DNA of 63,779 bases, counting the filler, from Nemertoderma westbladi (lineage: Eukaryota; Animalia; Xenacoelomorpha), in the NCBI GenBank assembly GCA_032718475.1. It is 3 parts of 3 records of this genome, joined end to end, with 100 filler letters (N's around TTAATTAATTAA, not from the genome) between each part and the next. Parts side by side here need not be neighbours in the genome. Positions count along the whole stretch, not along the records: positions 1 to 25,873 come from JAUCBJ010002997.1; 2 more parts are not named here. One strand, written 5' to 3'. Both the position numbers and the translations under genes were made by a program. Below the pieces are notes generated by a model. The model was given only the letters and a program-made list of their open reading frames with translations, made no database searches and was not told the origin of the DNA. Below, piece after piece: positions 1-11,806 of this stretch (its first letter is position 1; every line of letters begins with the position of its first letter).

Positions 1-2523
1 CAAACCCCCGAACCACGGTTAACCACCCTCGCAAGCGAGGTTAACGACAACGAGACGAACCAGGAGGTATCGTTCGATGTCACACCGTTAAACGTCGGAT
101 TCCCGTGGACGGAGCCAAACGACGTAGAAGAAGACGACGGGGACGAACTTGAAACTTTGGACACGATGTTCGCAACTTTTTCAGTAAACCAGTCAAGAAG
201 AGGAGACTCTGCGGTAGTAAGAAAACTGTTTGGGGGAGACGTGAGCGCGGGCCCAACTCCTCAACCACTGGTAAACTCGAGTACACCGATTGTACTCGGA
301 CCAAGTATAAGCCTTCCAGTTACCAATACCGGTACATCACCCGAACTGAGGGTACAGAACCCGACGGACACACCGAGGAGAGAGGGGTTGTTAACTTTAA
401 ACCTAACCCGGCTGCAACGGGAGGAACCAATAAATCGAAGAATTCCAGGGTACGAAAGAGTTTCTCCACCGCCAACAGCGATACCACTAGAATACAAACC
501 AGTGAAGATCCCCAGTAAATGGAGATATGTCGCGCCTGTGTGCGATAACCCAACCATTGAAAGCACGATCTCCGAGCTCCACAAAACGATAGAGAAAGAG
601 ATGAAACACGTAGGCAAAAAGACTAAAAACAGAAACATTTCTGAGGAGCACCACAAATGTTTAAAGAACCTAAAGAATAACAAAGACATAGCGATTGTAC
701 AAGGAGACAAGACGGGAAACGTCATCATAGTAGATGAGGAAATTAAACAAAAAGAAATTGCCAGAATTTTGACAGATGAGGATACATATAAGAAACTTCC
801 CTGGGACCCAACTAATAAGTACCTAAAACACCTAAAAGACACTTTCCGGCTTATGGATCTCAACGAAGGACCTCTTAAAGACTTCTTACACGTGAAACGA
901 CCAGCGATGGGATATGTATATCCCCTTTTTAAAGACCATAAGGATCGAGACCAATGGATCGACTGGGGCAATGGGATCTCCGCACCGAAGGCGAGGCTTA
1001 TCGTCTCGACTACGGGAACTCTCGTCGAACGTCCCGCAAAACTGCTGGACTCACTCATACAGCCACTACTGTTACGAATGCCACATTATGCCAAAGATTC
1101 AAAATCGGTGAAAGAGAGGATTCCCGTAGGATCATACCCCAGGGCGACTTTTATGTCCCTAGATGTAGTGGAAATGTACCCTTCAATATCCTTTGAAGTC
1201 GCTGTTGAAGGGATTACCGCCGCCGTAAGGGAGAATGAGGACATTTTAGATAAAACGGGGTATACTTTAGATCAAATTATTCAGCTGTTAATGTTTGTAG
1301 TATCCCACACATATTTTAAGTTTAAAGAGGGATTTTACGTACTGACCAAGGGGTTGGGTATGGGTGTACCGGCGGCGAAGGCGATTGCCGTTTTAGCCGT
1401 CCACCGCCTACACACCCACGTGGGCCTTATCACCATGTACGGTGCCATCTTTTTCCATACCTTTGTAGACGATGGTGAAGCCATTTTCGATTACGCCGTA
1501 TCGGATCGAACCAAAGAGAACATTATATCTGAGTATAATAACGCGGGGAGGGAAGTGTTTGGAACCGATGACATTAAGTTTACATTTGAATTTTCAAACA
1601 CTACATCCGTATTTTTGGATATGGAACTGTATAAATCAGTACGGGGTGAAATAAAAACCCGAGTGTATTTTAAACCACTTTCGCGGAAGTTACCCGTTCC
1701 TTATTTAAGTAACCATGACAACCAGTTACTGAAATCAGTGGTTAGAGGCCAATTGTTACGATTTTGGCGCCTGACCGGCGGGGTAGGGGGTGTTGATTAT
1801 GAATCTGCGAGGGATCGGTACCTCACAGACTGTTGGGTGTCGGGATATCCGCAGGAGTTCCTAGAGCGACTCCGAGAAATAAAGTGGGATAAACGACGGA
1901 CCCCTCGAAACAGAAATGACGAGAGGGGTGGGGATTGCTTTTATTTCAAAATTGATGGAACTTTTAGACCGTGCGTAAAGACTGTGTTGGTCAACAACAA
2001 ACGCGCCTTAGCCGAGGTAGGGGCTAAGGTTATTGTCACGAAGAGAGGTGGACTAAACTTGGGGAATTCCTTGATAGTGAAACGCGACTCATCAAGAGGA
2101 CAGGGAAACGCACCATGTGGACGCGGGGGGTGCCTTACGTGCCCGTTTTTGTTTGACCTTCCTGTACTACCATGGGGTGATCGTGTTACGGGCTCTTTCT
2201 CGTGTGTATCGTCAAATGTATTATATGCAATCACGTGCAAAGACCACCCGGGGGGTTTTTATATTGGCCAGACCGAGCAAAAGCTGGCCGAGAGAGTATC
2301 TAAACATAAATCGGTCATAAACGGGTATAGGAAACAACCACCCCAAGATTACCATGAACTAGCAGAGTTTTTATTGTGCGAACACTTCCGTATGTGCCCT
2401 TGGGAGAGTTTTAGGATCACGGTTTTTCGCCAATTCCGGGACAACAAATCAAGAGTACATGCGGAAGCGAATTATATTTTTCAGTTCAACCCCCCGTGGA
2501 ACAAAGTGAGACCAGCTGTATAG
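1..2523 (+). mobile_element. Penelope-like retroelement ORF (reverse transcriptase + Cys-rich linker + GIY-YIG endonuclease), Neptune-like; frame open from the window edge
   Basis: Frame 1 has no stop from position 1 to TAG at 2521-2523. PLE RT motifs QGDKTGNVIIVD, YPLFKDHK, RLIVS, SLDVVEMYPSI, GLGMG, FVDD, FLDM, VYFKP. Linker CGRGGCLTC...FSC. GIY-YIG NVLYAITC...FYIGQT...ERVSKH. Confidence 0.95.
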
Positions 2524-2559
2524 TTGTATATTTATCAACTCATTATTTTTAGTGTAATA

Positions 2560-3830
2560 CCCCGGGGAACTAAATGATCTTACAGTGTTATTTGATGCAA
2601 TATGTAGTTATAATGCTAATAATTTTGGAAACTTCCAGTCTTTTCTACAGTACGTTTTCCTGTGGTATATATTTTTTTATGCTGAAACAGTTCCACCCTA
2701 CTTAACTTCCAGTCTTTTCTACAGTACGTTTTCCTGTGGTTTATATTTTTTTATGCTGAAACAGTTCCACCCTACTTAACTTCCAGTTTTTTCTACAGTA
2801 CGTTTTCCTTGTGGTTTATATAAATTTTTTTATGCTGAAACAGTTCCACCCTACTGTACAATACGAATACTGGTGGGCTTTGCCTACACATTGACTCAAA
2901 TGTCCCAACTCAAATTTTACATACAGTACATGTGTGCTGAAAATACCGTATGTTTTTCATTGGAAATACAAGGTTATAACGGCCGCATTCTTTCACGATT
3001 GGTTATCGTGCTTGTAACACCCCGGGGAACTAAGTGATTTTACAGTGTTATTTGATGCAATATGTAGTTATAATGCAAATATTTTGTAACTTCCGGTTTT
3101 TTCTACAGTACGTTTTCCCTGTGATAGAAGCTCCACCCTACTGTACAATATGAATCCCGTTTGGTCTTGCCTACATTTTCATTTAAATGCCCCAACTCTA
3201 ATTTTACATACAGTACATGTGTGCTGAAAATACCTACGTTTTCCTTGTGGTTTATATTTTTATGCTGAAACAGTTCCACCCTACTGTACAATGTGAAAGC
3301 TGATGGGCTTTGCCTACACATTGACTCAAATGTCCCAACTCAAATTTTACATACAGTACATGTGTGCTGAAAATTCCGTATGTTTTTTCATTGGAGATAC
3401 AAGGTTATAACGGCCGCGTTTTTTCATGATTGGTTATCGTGCTTGTAACACCCCGGGGAACTAATTGATTTTACAGTGTTATTTGATGCAATATGTAGTT
3501 ATAATGCTAATATTTGGTAAATTGCCGGTTTTTTCTACAGTACGTTTTCCTTGATTGGTTATCGTGCTTGTAACACCCTGTAGAATAAAATGATTTTACA
3601 GTGTTATTGGGCGAAATTGTAGTCATAATGCTAATAACTTTATACGTCCGGTCTTTTTCTACAGTACGTTTTCCTTGTGGCCCGAAACGTTACTGAAATA
3701 AATTTATTGTCCTATATTTAATTGGACCCATCCTACTACTGTTATACTGTAGCTGTAATAAATGCCCCCTACTGTACAATATGAATGTCCGTCTGATTTT
3801 CTCCTACATACTCTACTGATTTAAATTTTG
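2560..3830 (+). repeat. Nested tandem duplications (short ~75-bp units and longer ~430-470-bp units) 3' of the PLE ORF; probable 3' UTR/pseudo-LTR
   Basis: Recurrent ccccggggaactaa..tgattttacagtgttatttgatgcaatatgtagttataatgc (~2560, ~3020, ~3450, degenerate ~3575) and ctacagtacgttttcc..atgctgaaacagttccaccctac blocks. Confidence 0.85.
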
Positions 3831-3986
3831 TTGATTTAACGTCTCAACATTAATTGCTTGTACCAAGGTACCGGTACTGCAGTACTGCCGGCTACTGCAG
3901 TAGTGAGTTGAAACTCTGTAATTATCAGATTACAGTAATGTAGTTGGTTCGATTTAGTAGTACGATAGAGCTTGTTGTTGTTGCGA

Positions 3987-4022
3987 ACCCTGAGGATGCC
4001 CCGAGGGGCGAAATTAATTGGT
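3987..4022 (+). ncRNA. Minimal type I hammerhead ribozyme of the kind found in PLE pseudo-LTRs
   Basis: ACC-CTGAGGA-T-GCCC(cgag)GGGC-GAAA-TTAA-TT-GGT: complete core boxes, 4-bp stem II, palindromic stem III, 3-bp stem I; same strand as the PLE, ~1.5 kb downstream of its stop. Confidence 0.75.
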
Positions 4023-4224
4023 AATTGAATTATATTTTATTGATATTATACATTACTGCATTATATGGGCGTGTAAAACTCCAACTGAAATAGTTTTTTA
4101 TCATTAAGTTACAACAATTACTACACTGGAGCCTTTCTCTCTACCTAAAGGTAGAGAGAACTCTACCTCAGCGCCAACGTGCTGGGCTTTACTTACACTC
4201 AGCCTGCCTGTATTCACTGACTTT

Positions 4225-4383
4225 CTTGAGACGCATCTTAAAGGGCACTGGCCTTAAAGATGCGGATGATCTAGCAAATGTCATGGGTGATAGGGAGTTG
4301 TGGCGGTGCAATTTTGTTGACAAGCCGGCACAGCATTCTTAAAAATGCAGCTGCAATGCAGCATGCCGATCCTAGTAGTAGTA
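4225..4383 (+). mobile_element. 3' terminal fragment of RTE-like LINE with (TAG)n tail
   Basis: Near-identical to the 3' end of the 37929-38560 copy (GL.DADDLANVMGDRELWR.NFVDKPAQHS*); ends in tagtagtag. Confidence 0.8.
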
Positions 4384-5589
4384 TTCACTGGCTGTGATTG
4401 ACAAGCCAACGTGCCTCAGCAGTTCCTTTCATGAATACCGCAGTTTTTACTTGGCCATTTTGGTAATTTTGGCCGCCAAAATGACCAAGTTAATGTTTAT
4501 TGGGATTGGGACTGTAGTAGTGCTTCAAGTTTACTTAAGGCCAATTAGGCCAACTTTGTACATACTGTAGAGTCCATTATAGGGATATAGGGAGGGAGCT
4601 TGTTTGGTTTAATACAATCTGATTGTCACCTACTCACCATATCGCATCGCCTTCCTGTTACGGGAGGCGATCCCTGGGGCACTTCCTCACCCAGAAAATC
4701 AATATGTCACCTCAAGACAGTTATTAACCAAAATGGAAAATCTATTAGCACCCCGATTATATAAGCCAAACCCAAAGATTAACTTACAACCAAGGCGCCT
4801 TGCCAAAGTAACTAAATTGGAAGTCAGATGACCGCGCAAGCTATTCATTGTGTACTAAATGTTAAGGTTATTGTATTCATGTATATTTATTGATATGGTG
4901 CATTGCATATAACCCAACCTTATTATAGGTAAAGCCTTAGCCAATAGATAGTGAGAGAGGGATTAATCAGGAAAGACAGCGATTAATCAACAAGGTATCA
5001 GCCAATAGTAGAGCAGCGCAGCGCCGATCCGAGAGAGGGCTGTTGCGCTGTCAGTCAGAGAGGTAACAGCCCGTGGGGTAAGGATTTACCTCTGGGACCT
5101 GTATTAGGCAAAATAGCAGTAGCTGTGTAGGCCCACCAGTACTGTGCACGGTACAAGACCCGAAATTTAGCCTACATCTGTAAATAATACACGGTTTCGC
5201 GGTACAAGACCATATAAATTAGACCACCATCTGTAAAATGCTCGCGTGAGTTCAGGTGTTGCACAGATGTCAGGATGTGCTGATTCTATATCATGCACTA
5301 GGCCTAACGGATTCTGGTAGCCTGGAACTAGAGCACTACAAAAACTGATGCGACAGAGCGAGGTACAGTTAGCCTAATATTTCTCGGAGGCTGGTCCGAT
5401 AACACTCAACGCATTGTTTGGTTGGTCATTGACATTACCGGTATTGCATTACAGTGTACATTATTACATACGGATTAGTATGGATTGAGAAATTGGATAT
5501 ATTTGGACGTCAATGGATGGATAGGTTTGGTTTGAGAAACTAATATCACGTAGGCCTACCGAATCATATCTTTGCGTTAATTATTACTA

Positions 5590-5890
5590 GATCCACTGGC
5601 CCCCAGCCACCTTCAACAAACCATCATTGCCGGGGGGCACTCAGCTGAGGGGGCGGAGCGCATTAAAAACTCTAAGTATCGCGACCTAATGGACCGGGAC
5701 CATTTCTTTCACCCCGTGGCCTTTGAGACCTTTGGGCGCCCTGGTCCAGAGACATCCACCTTCCTCCGGGAGATCGGGGCTCGTCTCCACAGTGCCATCC
5801 ACGAACCGCGGTCACACCAGTTTCTGCTCCAAGCGCCTGGAGATGGCAATTTTGGTTGGTAATGCAGCCTCAGTCATGGGGACAGCAACC
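5590..5890 (+). mobile_element. Relic of the restriction-like endonuclease C-terminus of a CRE-type non-LTR retrotransposon
   Basis: Translates, with a frameshift, to AERIKNSKYRDL..FHPVAFETFG..G..TSTFLREIGARL...RSHQFLLQ/RLEMAILVGNAASVMGT, the K..KY / P.A.ETxG / QR....GNA pattern of this domain. Confidence 0.75.
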
Positions 5891-8419
5891 AGGCCGACCA
5901 TCGGTCTAGTCGGGGACTGAAGAGCCGAAACAAATCGAAATAGTTGCCAATGGCAGAATGGAATGGAGTCACCAACGGGATGACGGCCGAAATATTCAAT
6001 ATTCAATACTATATCTTATGCAATCTCAAATATTCAATGTTCGATCCCTAGATGGGGCAGTACTGTTTGGGCACAGTGCTGCAACCCCGGCACTAGCCCA
6101 ACCCCGGCTTTCATCCTTCAGTGGTCTATTGGGAACCAAGGCAACTTGGGAAACAGAGTGGAAGGGTTTACTGTGGAAGATCACCCATGGTGGTGAACAG
6201 GTATTCCTTGGCTTAACGAGCCTAAAAGATTCTCCCATTCAAATATTCAATTCGGTACTGTACCTTCAATTCAATATTCAATCTTAGTATTATTTCTGTG
6301 CTTCGTTATTTAATAATGTGATTAGATAAAAAAATTAATTAATGAAATATAATTCATCTGTTAATTATTACAAAAAAAAAATCCAACATTATATTAACAT
6401 TTATATAGTTTTGAATTAAATGTTTCGAAATCAAGAGTCATTCAATGAACTTATACAGCAGTGTCATATCGCGTATCCCTTGGTTTAATCACTATTCTTT
6501 ATTCAGTATAACTGAATCCTGGCCCACCGCCTTCACCCTCCACTGATAATTTAAAATCGTAACTAATTCAATCTTTGACTAAATTATACCAAACTTGGTA
6601 AACATGTAATCTTGTCTATCGGTTAAAATAAACACAACTTGCTAAAGTTTCCCCTATAATGTTTTTTCCTATAGAACAGGATGCAGTTTTATTTCAGTAG
6701 TAAACAAGCTGTTATTTGCGTCGATTTTCACCTGGAGAGGGAAGAATATTGATTGCCCCCCCCCCCCCCCCCCTACCTGCAGTTAAGTGAAAATATTTCG
6801 GCACCATTTAATTTTATTATCACGGTCGCACATCAAGTAGTCTGTCAAAAGATACAATTCATTATAAACATAACAAAATTAATTATAATAATTCTAAAAA
6901 TATAAGGCAGATTTTCCTAAAGTTAGCTCTTTAGTCTTTAGCAATCTTACTTATAGACTTATAATATTATTTAAAGATATACAAGACTTATAAAATAATT
7001 GATGTTGAATAATTATTATTAAGATTAAAATATATTATTAGGAATTCGAAGAAAGCAACTTGTATTGAGTTAGTATTGGCAAGTTAATCTCACAAACCAG
7101 TCTAGTCTAACTTTAGAGTAGCCTTGTTCGCATTGTTCCAGGTTTAGGCCTATAGATTCCACCGTCTTCGTTCCAGGTTTAATACTGTAATAAACTCCGT
7201 TATCCGTCTCGATCGCTTCGCTATGCATCATCTTACTGCGTTTAATAAACTCCATCGCCTTCCTGTCATTCTCTGTTTTGTAGATTACTTCGCCATCGTC
7301 TGATCGCTTTGGTTGCGTGTTTAATACTGTAATAGACTCCGTCGCCATCGTATCGTTCTGGATACATTGAATAGACTCCATTGTCCATCGCGATCGTTTC
7401 ATTGTTTACGTTTAATTGACTCTGTCGCCTCTTCGGATTATGGATTAGGAATCCGGCCGGGTTTCGTAGATTCCGCCATCGTTCAGCAGTTCAGTGCTTT
7501 TAATCAAAGCCAGAATTCCGGCACCGGCACCACGACCAACGATTTCGGAAGTAACAGACTCCGTCAACAACACTCGGGGTTTAAAAAATACAACTATTAT
7601 CGGCAACTTGTAACTGGGCAATCATCTATCTGATAGTTGAAAAGACTGTCTGACAGTTGGTATCAGACTATCTGATAGTTAGCGCCCCATGGGTAAATCC
7701 TTACCCCATGGGCCGTTACCTCTCTGACTGACAGCGCAACAGCCCCTATAGGCCGATCCCCCATTAGTCATTGAAGCAATAACCAAAACCCCTCTCAAAC
7801 TATAGTATAGTAGTTTATACTGCTGTAATATCAATTTATAGATAAGTCACATCTGGCTCTCAACCCTGAGAATGGGCTTTAGTTTTTAACGGTATTTGTA
7901 TCATAAGGAGATAATTCTCGAAGATTGTGAAAAATATAAGTAGTTCGTTTCGTTATGTATAATATAAAAGAATATGTATAAAATTATAAATATATTTCAA
8001 AGGCTAAGTGCCAACATTGTCAACAATCTTGATACCTAAGACAGTAAGGATGTGTGATAACTCTAACTATAGATTAAGATTCAATTAAACTATAATTTCA
8101 GTATAATATTAATAATAGGCCTACATCAGTACCGGTACTGACAATCAAAGCAGTAACAACATACCTAAGTGTACAGTACAGTGTATATGCACATCACAAA
8201 TACATGCATAATTAATTGAATGTGCCCCCCCCCCCCCCATTTTTTGGTTTGTTCAATATCTTTTTTTTTAATAATCCTATTTAGGGACCCCCCACTTAAC
8301 TAGGACAGCTATGCTTAGATGATTCACCTCTACTGATAATCTTTTATTAATTGCACGTGGGCCTAATAATTTAATGTACAAACTCTCTAAAATTAGCCTA
8401 CCGTATAAATCTGTGACCC

Positions 8420-11400
8420 TCCCTATAACTGACTCCTGATCCCATACTGGTATGTGTCTGTTTCGACGTGGTGTCCCGCCAGCTCAGATGCTTTAGACCT
8501 ACGGTGCCGTATGTCACTATCGTGCTGCTCGATGCGGATGTCTAAACTGTACTTAGTCTGGCCAATGTATAAATCTCCACAGGTACAGGGTTTCTGATAT
8601 ACGACCCCAGGTAGCACAAGACGTCCACGAAAGAAATTGAACGTTCATATTTGGTACTTTTTTTATGCGAATCTGAACATCAATGAAATATTGTTCAAAA
8701 TAGGTAAAAATTGCTGACGTTGTGAGCAATTTACCAAATTGTGACGTTCACATTAGGTAATTTAACGTCCTAACTTTAAAGAAATTGAATATGAACCAAA
8801 ACAAACGAATATTGAACGTTCAAATTGCGTCCAGTTATGCGTTCATTTCTTTGTACCTAAATATGTACGTTGTTTGAACATTTATGAACGTTCAAACATA
8901 ATTTAATTTAACTTGTTATGTCAATGGCATGTTCAAACTTGTTCGTGATACAATTATCTGACTATTTATTATTGTGCAATTATTTTTTATGTTGGTTAGC
9001 CTACTCCTTGTATGGTTGGTGTGGTTCCGCTTAGTTATAAATGGACTAATGGTTCATTCTCAATACAAAACAATTACTTTAAGTAATCGAAAAATTATTC
9101 ACACAACAAAACATTGATAACCAATACAATGCTGACGCATTTTTAAACATTTTAAACAACAAATAACATCAAAATTTGACAAAGGTGATTCTACTGATTA
9201 CTAAAGTTAATACACTAGTACTACTGTATGTCACGAAAAATTGTAATAAAATTATTAGAATATATTAGGCCTATTGAACCAAGAAAATAACAAACAAAGA
9301 AAACCGCAAAAGTTTGTCTATTTTGATACCAACTGACCAAATACCATTACATTTTGTTGAGATAAATCGGATATATGGGCGTTGGAATGTTCAAACTTCT
9401 ATCATGCGTAGGGTAATTTTTTTAATCGCAAAACATTATTTTTTATTTTACAAATTTATCATATTATATAAAAGTTTCTTACGTTTCAATTGCTTTTTGT
9501 ATGTATTATTGCCTTATTGCATAGATACAAAATTTCAAATATCAATTATAAGGTCATAAAATTAATTAATTTTTTTAAGATTCATCAATATGAATAATCT
9601 ATTTTGGCTGGAAATAAGATAAAATACAGAAATCTAACTAATCCAATGCGAATTTGTGGATCATCACCATAATATATCATGGATACTCTTATATCACTAT
9701 CGATTAAATAATTTCATATATACCCTGATGCTTCCTTCTCTAAATGTATAGGGTATTGTAGGTGTAGGGCCGTAGGATAGGGTGTAGGGATTGGATAAGG
9801 TAGGCTAACCCCCCCCCCCCCCTCCCCCCTCCCCTCTCTACACAGAACATGCACCAACAAACAGTGATTGGTTGGTCTCACGTTAAATTTTTACGTTTAT
9901 TCAACCTAATATGGACCTATAACACACCAGAAATGAACGTCTAGTGAACACGTTATTTGAACATAGATTGCCTGTGGTCTCTTTTACGTTCAATTGCCCG
10001 TTCATATTACGGTACTTCTGACGGCCAACTTTGAACTATTGAACGTTTAGCATCAATAGCATCTTATGGGAGAAATACAACGTCATATGAACATAAATCC
10101 AGAACGTCTGGACGAATAATGAACGTAAATTTACCGTAAATTTACGTAATTGTGCTACCTGGGACATTCCTAGGTGGGCATCTTGGTTTATGTCAACAAT
10201 TATGGCAATATGTAAGTTTCCTTCCTGTAACTGTATATGTCCCAATGTTGTATTTTTTTACAAATGTGTTCTATTTGTTCCGTCAATCCCTTAATGTATG
10301 GAAGTTCTATGTTTTATACCTCTGGGCGTGTTCGCTGTGTTATTATATCCTCCTTAGGTATTGGTTTGTCGAATTTGTTGTTGACCTTATGAGAATTATG
10401 CATAATGCGAGTAGGGTACCCATTGGATTTTAGAGTGTATGCTAATTCCTATTGTGTGCGCCCCCTAGAGTCTAGATTTGAACATAATCTGTTGGTTCTA
10501 AAATAATCCACTACATACATATCTTGGGGTGATGGTTGGAACTAAAATGTAAATAACGGTTGGAATGGGTAGGTTTATGGTAAACTGTAGTAGATAAGGA
10601 ACCATTTTAATGTAACTAAGGTATCTAGAAAAGCGAATTCACCTTTGGAATTTTGCTTATCTGCAGTAAATTGCACATCACTACAGTATGTAGGCTGTTA
10701 GATAGTAAGATTTCGATATCATTAATATTTACAATGCACCAAGTGTCGTCGACATACCTATACCAAGTTTCAGGCAAAAAAGTTTCGAGCCCTGTCTTCT
10801 AAGCTAAACATAAACAGACAACACAATATGGGTGAAATGGGATTTACCATTGCGAGCCCTTTCACTAGTTCATAAATACAGTCACCATAAGAATAGGCAC
10901 TCTGCTCTAGAACATATTGGAACATATGCAACAAAATTCGAAAAGTGTCTACTGTGTTACCTGTACGTTCCGTAAACTCGGAATCGTTAAGAACAATATC
11001 TACTGCACATTTTTCCGCTTAACCTTTAGGAATGTTACCGAACATCAAATTAAACCTGTATGGTATCAACGTCTTTGATATTTACCTACAGGGTTGCTAG
11101 GTAACTTACTAAACTTAGATTCATCCCCTAAAATCTTTTCCATTTTCTCCTGATAATCAGATTTATTTAAGATGACAGTTTTATTGCCCTTATCCGCTGG
11201 GCGAATTATATTAGACTCGTCGCATGCAATACTATCTATTGCATCCCACTCATCTTCATTTAAATTAGCGTTAATAGGTGTACCTCTTCAAGTTTTCGAT
11301 AATACTTAAGAGTTTCGTGTCTAAAAGTTGCACCAATGCTGCCCCCTAATTGTTTAGAGGCCTTTTCTAGGGGAACAACAAAATCAGGCTCCGATACCTT

Positions 11401-11640
11401 TTTGGGTGTAGGTTCAAAGAGTAGGTTCTAAGACATCATGCTCTGTTTTTGTAAGAATTCGATTACTCTTATTAACGACAGTCTTTGGTGCAGTGGTTTA
11501 ACTTCTACCTGTAAAATTACATTGTTTTGTACGTAGCCAATCTAGTTTATATTTCATTTTTACGATATCTAACGATATCTAACCAATCAATATCTAACGA
11601 ATTAGTTATTAGCTAATGCGTAAAAGGGTCGCACAATCCA
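8420..11640 (-). mobile_element. Degenerate Penelope-like element (RT at ~10410-11640; GIY-YIG at ~8420-8605), split by a TIR transposon
   Basis: Minus-strand remnants PADKGNKTVILNKSDY, GLAM.NPISP, WYRYVDDTW, AFLDTLV, STTVYHKPTHSNRYLHFSSNH; GIY-YIG NVVYQKPCTCGDLYIGQT..L..RI.QH. Many stops and frameshifts. Confidence 0.85.
8606..10163. mobile_element. Non-autonomous TIR DNA transposon, CMC/EnSpm(CACTA)-like
   Basis: 14-bp perfect TIR CCCAGGTAGCACAA / TTGTGCTACCTGGG, 2-bp TSD AC (8604-8605, 10164-10165), many subterminal gaacgt(tca) repeats, no transposase ORF. Superfamily inferred from the TSD length and subterminal repeats. Confidence 0.85.
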
Positions 11641-11806
11641 GGTAGTAACCAATAAGAACTGCATACAGCGTGATTAACTTTTTACTATTATTATTTACTT
11701 TCGTATTCAACCAAAGATTCACTACATTTAGAAATACCTAATTTAGTGTATGACATTTCTGCTCATTGTGCGTAACTCCGTTTTAAATTTAACCGGGCAC
11801 TAACAT

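Noticed and set aside
261-1058. 265-aa antisense ORF and other ORFs overlapping the PLE, Bel/Pao, SLC12A8 and oxidoreductase genes
   Set aside because: Shadow frames of real coding sequence with no motifs.
7070-7633. Short ORFs with repeated MESI/TESI-like words
   Set aside because: No recognisable domain; probably a decayed repeat or retroelement leader.
7860-7885. accCTGAGAAtgggc, hammerhead-like 5' half (and gcccGAAAcgtt near 3680)
   Set aside because: Each lacks the other half of the core nearby; at most truncated relics.
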